A DNA stretch of 24,367 nucleotides from Octopus sinensis (lineage: Eukaryota). The DNA lies in contig NW_021836465.1 in the NCBI RefSeq assembly GCF_006345805.1, positions 1 to 24,367 of the forward strand, given 5' to 3'. This document shows, in pieces, positions 10,280 through 20,423 of this stretch; within the stretch, counting starts at the first letter, position 1; each line of letters starts with the position of its first letter. The notes below the pieces were generated by a model. The model was given only the letters and a program-made list of their open reading frames with translations, was not told where the DNA came from and did no database searches. The translations under genes and the position numbers were made by a program.

Positions 10280-10625
10280 TATATATATATATTATATATA
10301 TACATATATATATACATATATTTAATATATATATCTATATATATAGATATATATATATATATATGTATGTATATATATATATATGTATGTATATATACAT
10401 ATCAGACGACACAAACACAAACACACACACACCAACATACAAACACAGACACACATACACAAATACAATCTCCCTCACACACACAGACATTCACACACAC
10501 ACACACACACACAACACACACACTCCACACACACACACACACGCACCACACACACCACACACACACACACACACACATATAATAATAATATATATATATA
10601 TATATATATAATATATATATATATA
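10232..10625. repeat. (TA)n/(CA)n compound microsatellite
   Basis: Direct reading. Confidence 0.9.
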
Positions 10626-10984
10626 AATAACAATACAGCAAATCTCTTAAAGAGATTGTAAACGCAATCGTAATTGCAGAGGAAGGGCCGTCACAAACTT
10701 CCGTTTGGTCTCCTCGGCGTCGTTTGTGATGATTTTTGTGCCATTATTGTACGAGGTATAAAATTTGAAATTCAATTGATAAGACGATTTGAGGCATGTA
10801 TTTACCGCTAGCGTTCATTCATAACCCATGGGAGTGCTGTCTGTTTGAGGTGAGGTAAATGAAAGCCACACTGAATGACCTGTCACAAAATAAGACGCCA
10901 TTAAATTGTCGGTAAGGTTCACGGAAATATAAACACCTATTCTTGTATATTTCGGTTGGTGATTGGAAACAAATTCGTACACAC

Positions 10985-11353
10985 ATATACACACCCATTT
11001 ATATATATACACACACATGCACACATATATGTATATACATATATATACATATACATATATATATATAAATATATGAATATATATACATATATATACACAC
11101 ATATATGCATATATATATGCACATATATATATACACACATATACATATAGATACAGATATATATATATATATACACACACATATATACATATATATGTAT
11201 ACACACACACATATATACACATATATATAAATCTATATATACACACATATATACACGTATATATATAAATATATTTATGTATATTACATGTATAAACATA
11301 TATATACACCAGTATATAATATATATACATATATGTTTATATATATATACACA

Positions 11354-11384
<31 letters not shown>

Positions 11385-11395
11385 CATATATACAT

Positions 11396-11427
<32 letters not shown>

Positions 11428-11454
11428 TACATATATGTTTATATATATATATAC

Positions 11455-11495
<41 letters not shown>

Positions 11496-11850
11496 CATAC
11501 ATACATACATATATATATATATGAGCGCAAACACACGCATGCAAATGTCCACACCCATAGAAACACATGGATACACATAAACGCACACTCAGACACGTAT
11601 ACAAATCCACAAACACACATACATATATGCGCAGACAATCACCCACACGCACACACATGCACAAACGCACGCGTGAAAACAGGCAAACACATATCATATC
11701 ACGTACATATACATACACACACACACACACACGCGCACACAAAAAAACACATATGTTGATGCACGCACACGCACACGCATATACACAGAATCACAAACAC
11801 ATACAGCGAAGCACGTATAAACACATACATACACAGACAAGCATGCATAC
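10985..11850. repeat. TA/CA compound microsatellite field
   Basis: Direct reading. Confidence 0.9.
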
Positions 11851-11861
11851 AAATATATTTC

Positions 11862-11950
11862 GTTTGTTGTTGTTGAATTCCGAGTCATCCCTGAACCAAA
11901 ACCGACCAATAATTGATCAAAGACGGTTCAACCGTGACCATAGCGTCTAT
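11862..11950 (-). mobile_element. Degenerate retroelement 3' tail ending in (AAC)n
   Basis: Minus strand agacgctatggtcacggttgaaccgtctttgatc...ttcagggatgactcggaattcaacaacaacaaac; from recall, resembles an Octopus SINE/RTE tail. Confidence 0.35.
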
Positions 11951-12649
11951 CTGTAGATGTAGCAATGCTTTAGGAAATGGAATCTTACGTTTCTGAAGAA
12001 AGACTAAATTTGGAGAACATTTAACGAAAGCCATGCGTTTCCTATCGAAATCTCCCAAACCATCAAAGCCTCCTCTTCCGCCACCAGCATCACCACGACA
12101 ACCACGACCACCACCAACGACAATATCACCACCAACACTATCACTGCTAACACTATCAGAACCACCACAGCCACAATCACAACTACCACCAACACTACCA
12201 CAACCACCACCACAACAACAGCCACTACGACTACTACCACCACAACGACCACTATAACCACCACTACTAACACCACCACAACCACTACCACCACCACAAC
12301 CAACGATAACAACCACCTCCAAAACTAGATCCCCCACAACCAACATCACACCACCACCAACATCACAACCATCACCACAACCACTACCACCAACACCGCC
12401 ACCAAAACCACTACCACCAAAACCATCACTAGCAAAACCAGCACCAGCACCAGCACTGCCACGACAACTGCAGCCACCACCAGCACCACCACTAGAACAA
12501 CCACTACCATCACCACAATTACCACTATAAACAACAGCACACCCCCCATACAACCACAGCCATCAATAAGACCACAACCGCTTCCAACAAGACAACCACC
12601 ATCATCATCACCACCACCTTCATCCCCACCACCACAACCACTACTACCA

Positions 12650-13450
12650 CCACAACCACCACAACAGCTATCACAACAATCACCACCCTAACCACTGCCA
12701 CTACCAGCAACAACAACACTACTACCACCACACCCATCACCACAACCACCAACACAACTACCACTGCAATCACCACCACAACCATCACTACAGCCGTCAC
12801 AACAATCACCACCCTAACCACAGCCACTACCAGCAACAACAACACTACTACCACCACACCCATCACCACAACACCAACACAACTACCACTGCAATCACCC
12901 CAACCATCACTACAGCCGTCACAACAATCACCACCCTAACCACAGCCACTACCAGCAACAACAACACTACTACCACCACACCCATCACCACAACCACCAA
13001 CACAACTACCACTGCAATCACCACCACAACCATCACTACAGCCGTCACAACAATCACCACCCTAACCACAGCCACTACCAGCAACAACAACACTACTACC
13101 ACCACACCCATCACCACAACCACCAACACAACTACCACTGCAATCACCACCACAACCACTACCACTACTATCACCACAACCACCACTACAGCCATCACAA
13201 CTATCACCACCCTAACCACAGCCACTACCAGCAACAACAACACTACTACCACCACACCCATCACCACAACCACCAACACAACTACCACTGCAATCACCAC
13301 CACAACCATCACTACAGCCGTCACAACAATCACCACCCTAACCACAGCCACTACCAACAACAACAACACTACTACCACCACACCCATAACCACAACCACC
13401 AACACAACTACCACTGCAATCACCACCACAACCACTACCACTACTACCAC
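12650..13450 (+). repeat. 126-bp tandem repeat, about 6 units
   Basis: The T of the CCCTAACC marker falls at 12689, 12815, 12937, 13063, 13213, 13339 (spacings 126, 122, 126, 150, 126). Confidence 0.95.
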
Positions 13451-14648
13451 CACAACCATCTCGACCACAACCACCACTAACACTATCTACGCACCAATAG
13501 AATCAATAACCAGCACTATCACCAGCAACAATCTCCTTACCACCACGCCCACCACCACCACCACCACAACCACTACCATCACTACAACTACCACCATCAC
13601 CACCACTATCACCACCACTACCATCACCGTCAGCGCCAGCATCACCATCACCACTATCACCATTATAATCATATCCACTGCCACCACCTACGTCTCCAGC
13701 ACCATCCCCACCAACGCCACCACTATCAGTACTACCACCACTACCACCACTACCACTTCCACATCCACTATTAGCAACACTACCACTGCCACCAGAACTA
13801 CTACCACCATCACCAGGCTGAGGATCAGTGGCACCACCAACTCCACTAGCACTAGTACCATCACCAACACTACAAACACCCTACATCTACCACAGCTAAA
13901 ACCACAACCACCACAACCACTAACGCTACTCCCATCTACCACTGCTACAACTTCTACCACTGCTACAACCACGACCACCACAACAACTACCACTGCTACT
14001 ACCACCACAACCATCACCACTACCACCACCACAACCACCATCACCATAACCATCACTACCACCACCACCGCTACAACCCTCCCCCAATTCCACCCCCACT
14101 ACCACTGTCACCCCAGCACCAAAACTACCACCACCGCCACGACCACCACGACCACCACGACCACCACGACCACCACCGCTATAACCCTCCCCCAATTCCA
14201 CCCCCACTACCACTGTCACCCCAGCACCAAAACTACCACCACCACTGCCACGAGCACCACCGCCGCCACCACCACCACCACCAGAACAACAAAACGAGCA
14301 TCAATCACAACAGCACTACTACTGCAACACCTCGTTGCAGCCACCACCAGCACTACCACAGCCACCTCTACTACCACAGCAACCACTACTACTACCATGA
14401 TCACGACAACCATTACTGCATCCAATACTACCACTACTATCACTACTATTATCATCCCATACATTATTCCGACCACTATATCATCCCTGCTTACTGCAAC
14501 CAGTACCGTCATCCCTATCACCGACGCCACAACCACCACCGCTACCACCGCCACTACCACCACCACCACTACAGCCGTAACAACCACCATCAGGATCACA
14601 GACACCACCTCAACGAACATAATATCCACGTCACCGTTAGTACTGTGA
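12873..14648 (+). CDS. Candidate Thr-rich mucin-like coding exon (591 codons plus stop; no start codon at the 5' end)
   Basis: Frame +3 has no stop from 12570 until TGA at 14646-14648 (translated by hand). Mostly Thr with Ser/Ile/Ala/Asn. Could equally be neutral trinucleotide satellite. Confidence 0.25.
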   Translation, partial: TNTTTTAITPTITTAVTTITTLTTATTSNNNTTTTTPITTTTNTTTTAITTTTITTAVTTITTLTTATTSNNNTTTTTPITTTTNTTTTAITTTTTTTTITTTTTTAITTITTLTTATTSNNNTTTTTPITTTTNTTTTAITTTTITTAVTTITTLTTATTNNNNTTTTTPITTTTNTTTTAITTTTTTTTTTTTISTTTTTNTIYAPIESITSTITSNNLLTTTPTTTTTTTTTITTTTTITTTITTTTITVSASITITTITIIIISTATTYVSSTIPTNATTISTTTTTTTTTSTSTISNTTTATRTTTTITRLRISGTTNSTSTSTITNTTNTLHLPQLKPQPPQPLTLLPSTTATTSTTATTTTTTTTTTATTTTTITTTTTTTTITITITTTTTATTLPQFHPHYHCHPSTKTTTTATTTTTTTTTTTTTAITLPQFHPHYHCHPSTKTTTTTATSTTAATTTTTRTTKRASITTALLLQHLVAATTSTTTATSTTTATTTTTMITTTITASNTTTTITTIIIPYIIPTTISSLLTATSTVIPITDATTTTATTATTTTTTTAVTTTIRITDTTSTNIISTSPLVL

Positions 14649-15529
14649 CCAACACCTTCGAATCAATCACCGCCTCACTACAATCAACACTATTTCTACA
14701 GTCACCACCCCCACCCCCATCTTCACCGTCACTACCACTGCCACTACAACCATCACAACAACTGCCATCGTACGCTCCACCACCACCACCACCAAATTTA
14801 TTGACAGCACAACTACCAACACAAACACCATTCCGTTTTCGCCACCAACAATGCCACTACTACTACTACTACCGTCACCGACTTCACAACCATTACCACG
14901 GCGATGACAACCACCACCGCCGCTGCCGCCGTCGCCATCACTACCAGCACAACCACCACCCACCACACAACTACCACCATGAAAACCCCCACCACCTCCC
15001 CTCCGCCGCTGCCACTATCACCATCACCAACATCACCTCCACCGTGACCACCATCCGCCACCACAACTACCACCATCAATACCACAACAACAACCACCAG
15101 CACCACAACCATCAACGACATTAGAACCACTACCACAACCACCACCACCACCGCCACCTCCGCGGCCACCATCGCCATCACCAACTCCACCCCCATCGTG
15201 ACGACTATCCGCTACCACAACTACCACCACCACCACCACTACTACTACAACCACCACCACCACCACCACCACCACCACAACCACCACTACCACCACCATT
15301 ACTACCACTAACCCTACTACCATCACAACCATCACCGACATTAGAAGCACTACCACAACCATCATCACCAGCACCGCGGCCACCATCATAATCACCACCA
15401 CCAACTCCACCGTGACGACCATCCACCACTAGAACTACCACCACCATTACTACTACAACAACCACCACCACCACCACCAGAACCACCACGAACACCAGCA
15501 CCACTACCACCACAATTGCCACCACTGAT

Positions 15530-16105
15530 AATAAAAACAATATGAACGTCAACAATAACCACAACAGAAACAGCGATAATGACACCACCAGTAAAAACCA
15601 TCGGTAACAACTATGAAGAAAAGACACCAAAGAATGATGTTAGTAAGAAAAACAAAAACAACGGCAATACGAAGAATATCAGCAACAATAAGACGAAGAA
15701 AATAAGGAAAAAATGAAGAACAAAAACTACGACATCAATAACAACGCGAATAACGTTAATAATAACAACCACAACAATAAGGAAAATAGTAAAAAGGAAA
15801 GAAAGGAAATAATGATAATAAAATAAAAAAGAATTAAAAATATAAAATAAAAATGAATGATAGTAATAACAGCATGAAGAACAACACCAGCAACAACATT
15901 GATAATAATAAAAGCAACAAAGGCAATAACAACAACAGTAATAATAACAGCAGCAACAATATTGGGAATGGAATAAAAACAATAAAGACAACCACAATAA
16001 CAAGTTATTCCTATCCGAACAGACAACAACATAAAACAAAGAAAAAATACAGAGAAAGAGAAAAAAAAAATAGGGAAAAAGAAAAGAGAAAAGAGAAAAC
16101 AATTT
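15530..16105. repeat. A-rich (AAC/AAT/AAG) low-complexity tract
   Basis: Direct reading. Confidence 0.85.
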
Positions 16106-16153
16106 TTTAAAGAAAAGTTAATTAAAATTATTATCTGCCAGAATTTAATTAGA

Positions 16154-16192
16154 TATGCAAATGACATATGCAAATGAAATGTATGCAAATGA
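16154..16192 (+). promoter_or_regulatory. Three tandem POU octamer sites (TATGCAAATGA x3)
   Basis: ATGCAAAT at 16155, 16168 and 16183, each within the identical 11-mer TATGCAAATGA, in a short unique island. Confidence 0.5.
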
Positions 16193-16270
16193 CTTCAATG
16201 AATCAATTTCAATGTCAGACAGCTTTCTTGATTTCTTATTTGGTTTTAAAAAAATCCACGTGACCCTCAC

Positions 16271-17240
16271 ATTCTCTCTTCCTTTTTTGTTTCTCTCTCT
16301 CTCACTCTCTTTCTCTCTGTTTCTCACTCACTCTCTCTCTCTCTTTCTCTCTCACACTCAATCTCTCTTACCTTCCTATATCAATCTCCGTCGTTTTCAT
16401 CTCACTCTCTGTCTGACTCCCTCTCTCTTTCACTCACTCACTCTCTCCTCTCCTCCTCTCTCCTCTACTCCTCCCCTCTCTCTCACTCACTCACTCTCTC
16501 TCACCCACTTCTCCCTCTCTCTCACCCACTCTCTCCCCCGCTCCTCCCTCACTCTCTCTCACCCTTTCTCACTCACTCCCCTCTCTCTTCCACTCCTCTC
16601 TCTCCCTCTCACTCACTCACCCTCTCTCTCACTCACTCACCCTCTCTCTCACCACTCTCTCCCTCTCTCTCTCACTCACTCTCTCTCTCTCTCACCCACT
16701 CTCTCCCTCTCTCTCTCTCTCACTCACTCACTCTCTCACTCCCTCTTACCTTCCTATATCAATCTCCGTCGTTTTCATCTCACTCTCTCTGATTCCCCTC
16801 TCTCTCCCTCTCTCTCTCTCCCTCCCTCTCTCTCTCTCCCTCCCTCTCTCTCTCTCCCTCCCTATCTCCATCCCACACAATCAGTCTTCCCTCCTCTGTA
16901 TCTATCACTTTTCGCTCCCTTCTCTCTTTCCTTCTCTCTCTCTCTCTCTTAAATATTCCTATCTCTCTCTCCCACGCCCCCTCTCTCTGCCTCGCTTCTC
17001 TCTCTGTTTGCGTGTGTCTCACACTCTCCCCTCAGTAATTATGTTTACTCCTGTCACTTTACCCCACATACACATTAACTCCTTCTTCCATAAATCTCTC
17101 TTCTTTCATTCTCATCCGCTCTCTCTTTCTCATGTATCTGTCCCTTTTGTCCCCTCTTTTCCCTCTCTCTATCATTCTCTCTACTCTCTCTCTCTCTCTC
17201 TTTCAAGACACACGCACACACACACTCACACGCGCACACA
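16271..17240. repeat. CT/CTCA polypyrimidine low-complexity tract
   Basis: Direct reading; includes a 46-bp exact duplication (16365-16410 and 16743-16788). Confidence 0.9.
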
Positions 17241-17264
17241 CACACACACTCATACATATACAAT

Positions 17265-17402
17265 GAGCTTCTTTCAGTTTCTGTTACAAGGCTTTGGTCT
17301 GCGCGAGGGCATAGTAGAAAACATTTGCCCAAAGTGCCAGTCAGTGGAACAGAACTCGGAACCATGTGTTCCATGTTCTTAACACACGGCCACTCCTGTG
17401 CC

Positions 17403-17405
<3 letters not shown>
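17265..17405 (-). mobile_element. Family A SINE 5' half (internally deleted)
   Basis: gcttctttcagtttc...ttgcccaaagtgcc...ccactcctgtgcctat is collinear with 4360-4520. Confidence 0.75.
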
Positions 17406-17471
<66 letters not shown>

Positions 17472-17472
<1 letters not shown>

Positions 17473-17625
17473 CGATAGGCTTCTTCCAGTTTCTGTCTAC
17501 CAAATCCACTCACAAGGTTTTGGTCGGCTCGGGGCTATAGTAGAAGACATTTGCCCAAGGTGCCACGCAGTGGGACTGAACCCGGAACTTTTGGGTTGTG
17601 AAGCAAGCCTCGGACCACACTGCCA
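17472..17625 (-). mobile_element. Family A SINE 5' half
   Basis: aggcttcttccagtttctgtctaccaaatccactcacaagg...gcagtgggactgaacccgga is collinear with 4358-4505. Confidence 0.85.
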
Positions 17626-17989
17626 GTTGGCGTTAAGTAGTTTCTGCCTCCATACCTTGAAGGCTGCGAAGGGTCTCACCTGCCAATCAACTCTTCCCTG
17701 CGATAAATGACCCCGGGTCTCTGTCTCGTTCTGTCTCATTCTTTCTCTGTCTGTCTGTTTCTGCATGATCGCCCCCGCATGGCTGAGACGAGTAAGAGAG
17801 CAATATGTGTATCTAGATGTGTGTGCGCATTTGTTTGTGTGTGTACTTTGTGTGTGTGCGTGTGTGTGTGCGTGTGCCTTTCCTTCACCCTTCGTCGCTC
17901 GTCTCTCTGTCATCCTCTCTGAATGTCTGCCTCTGCTTCTTTTCTTCCTATTTCCCAATGCCTCCCTCGCTACTTGCTCTCTTCGTCTT

Positions 17990-18435
17990 CAGCAGTCACA
18001 TTCTCATCGTACGTCAATCTCCCTCTCGTTTGTCCAATCTTTCCATCCTGCCCTCCACTTCTCCTGCACCTTTTCCGACACTTCCGTCTCCTCTCTCGAC
18101 ATTTCGGTCAGCATTTATGACTCAACTCTTACCACCTCCATCCACTACAAACACACTGACTCACACCCATACCTCAAATTCTCCTCCGTCCATCCTAAAC
18201 ACACCAAGCTCTCCAATTCCCAGTTCCTCCGCCTGCGCAAGCTCTGCAGCAACAACCATGAATTTGAGACGCAGTCTCAACTCATGGCTCGCCACTTCAT
18301 CCTACGTGGATATCCCCTCACCATTATCCACATTGCCCTTCCAAGAGCACGTACCATGGACCGTGCATCTGCTCTCTTCTACCGTCACGGTCTCGCTGTC
18401 ACCCATCTACCATTTCCCCTCACATTTCACCCTCC
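17990..18435 (+). pseudogene. PLE reverse transcriptase C-terminal (palm end/thumb) remnant
   Basis: Frame +2: FVQSFHPALHFS...SLDISV...TTSIHYKHTDSHPYLKFSSVHPKHTK...SQFLRLRKLCS...LRGYP...PLTFHP, the typical PLE pattern (LDI..., YxKxTxxxxYLxxxSxHP, SQxxRxxRxCS, RGYP). No YxDD catalytic motif is present. Confidence 0.88.
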
Positions 18436-18437
18436 AC

Positions 18438-18710
18438 TGTATCTCTCAAACGCACCATTCTCTGTACACCGGTCAAACGGGAAGGCGCTTAGCTGACCGG
18501 TTTGCGGAACACCTCCGAGACATCAGCAACGACAGTCAGTGCTCGCACCATTTCCGCTCTACCGGTCATTCTTTACAACACCTGTCTGTGTTCGGACTGA
18601 CCTTGCACAGGAGCCATTCGGATACCCGTTTTCGCTGTGAACAGGAATTAAACTTCCCTCATCACTCCTTTGCGCCACATGGTCTAAAATCTCTTCCCCT
18701 CTTGATCTAA
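18438..18710 (+). pseudogene. PLE GIY-YIG endonuclease remnant (second half)
   Basis: Frame +3: CISQTHHSLYTGQTGRRLADRFAEHLRDI...HHF...GH...EQ...APHGL matches the YIGQTxRxLxxRxxEH motif. Confidence 0.88.
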
Positions 18711-18974
18711 CCCCTTCCTCTCTCCTCTATTTCTCTCACATTATCCGCACACCTACACATGCATACACGCACACTCACGGTCACCAGCCCCTACCCATAC
18801 GCAGATACTCGCTCTAGCATACCCACGCACGCACATCTTCATTTTGGGATCACCACTACTCCCCCCCTTATTTTTTCTTAGCTCTCCTGTCTGACACCTC
18901 TGTCAGGCATTCGCCATGACTGAACGCTAGCCACTAAACATTTTTTATTTTCTCTCTCTGCTTATTTCTATGTT

Positions 18975-19012
18975 CCTCTCTGTTGAAGAGCGTAGGTTCG
19001 AAACGTAAAAGA
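18975..19012 (+). ncRNA. Hammerhead-like motif in the PLE pLTR (variant core CUGUUGA; weak stem I)
   Basis: Core 18980-18987; stem II GAGC/GUUC (one G-U pair); GAAA 19000-19003; ACGU; triplet GUA 19005-19007. Stem I has only 3 of 5 pairs. Confidence 0.5.
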
Positions 19013-19149
19013 CATTTTCACATTCAGAGCGTTAAACTAATACATCTGTTTTTTTTTACACACCCATCTTCGTCTTTTGTTTTGCTTTTTTTGTTTGTTG
19101 CAAGTTCCAACAATATATATATATATATTCATACATACACATATGTATA

Positions 19150-19305
<156 letters not shown>

Positions 19306-19793
19306 TCTGTCTCTCTCTCTCTACATATATACGCATATATATGCATACATTTATAAATATATGCATATGTATATATATATATATATTTATTTATATATAT
19401 ATAAATATATATATATAATTATATGTAATAAATGTGTGTGTATATTTGTACACTCGAATAAACGTATGCACGTATATATTCGTTAACGAATTCTATTGAC
19501 AAGGATTGACGATAGTCTTGTAAGTGCCTTCATTTAAATTAAATATCTTCCACTCAAAATATTTCAGTACATTACCTTAATTTCTGATTACCGTATTTCT
19601 ATTTTAATCGCTACACACACACACACACACAAATACACATGCAGACATACATATATATGTTTCTATGTATGTGTATCTATGCTGAAAATTATATATATAT
19701 ATATGAATGTATGTATACATATATAGAATTTATATATACACACATATAAATGCATTAATATAAATACATATGTCTCGCTTTCTCTCTCTCTCT

Positions 19794-19827
<34 letters not shown>

Positions 19828-20129
19828 ATATACACTAATATATATATAAATGAAAACTGACTTGGAGAAGCGAAACGAAGAGAAATATATATATATATAT
19901 ATATATATTCATACATATATATTTATAACTACAACAGCAACAACAACTGCCAAAACAATAACAACAGTAACAACAACACTTACAATGTTAACAAGAATAG
20001 CAACAACAACAACAACAACACATTAGAAAATCTCTTTTATACCCCGATCGACAAAATCCTATGATATAACACGAATCTGTGAAACAGATTTACCGTTCAA
20101 TGTATGCGTATGCATCCCACCTTACACAG

Positions 20130-20335
20130 ACGATAAGACAGAAGCTGGCTTTGGCTAGAAGCAGACTCATGAAAACGATAACGGAACGAGGGGAAGACCC
20201 ATCAACTCGGCACAGAGGCTGCGATGGGTATACAAAAGTTAAAACGTAGAATCGGGAACAACGAAATAATATGCCTCTCCCAAGACAAATCCGGCAAGAT
20301 GTCGGTAGACACCCTGCAGAACTACGTCCAGACAA
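20130..20335 (+). pseudogene. Probable PLE RT N-terminal (DKG-box) fragment
   Basis: QLGTEAAMGIQKLKRRIGNNEIICLSQDKSGKMSVDTLQNY resembles the PLE pre-RT pattern NLTxxExxGLKxLxKR...I....DKSG/DKG......Y (family recall, no search run). Confidence 0.5.
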
Positions 20336-20423
20336 TACATACATACACTCATAAATCCATCCATTCATCCATCCATATACACATGCATACGCCCACACAC
20401 ACACATATATATATCTATTGATA

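Larger units (their letters stand above)
12060..15530. repeat. 3.5-kb ACC/ACT/ACA-phased low-complexity block with higher-order repeats
   Basis: C/A-rich plus strand. Internal repeats: 126 bp (12650-13450), 108-bp period (14067/14175), and roughly 155-210 bp (15042/15197/15410). Confidence 0.95.
17960..19110 (+). mobile_element. 5'-truncated, internally deleted Penelope-like retroelement with 3' pLTR
   Basis: RT C-terminus, then GIY-YIG, then a 3' UTR carrying the hammerhead-like motif. This is the established PLE architecture. Confidence 0.88.

Noticed and set aside
11993-12030. CTGAAGA...GAAA hammerhead-like words
   Set aside because: No stem II adjacent to the core and no matching stem I or cleavage triplet.
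11885-15630. Val-rich and Gly-rich minus-strand ORFs
   Set aside because: Antisense shadows of the ACN-phased repeat; poly-Val stretches are not plausible proteins, and they break at every phase shift.
16155-16952. 265-aa ORF starting at the first octamer ATG
   Set aside because: Beyond about 40 codons it is Leu/Ser/His/Thr translation of a CT tract that cannot contain stops.
17765-18710. Intact autonomous Penelope ORF
   Set aside because: The N-termini of both ORFs are microsatellite-derived, the RT catalytic motif is absent, and the two domains are in different frames with a deletion.
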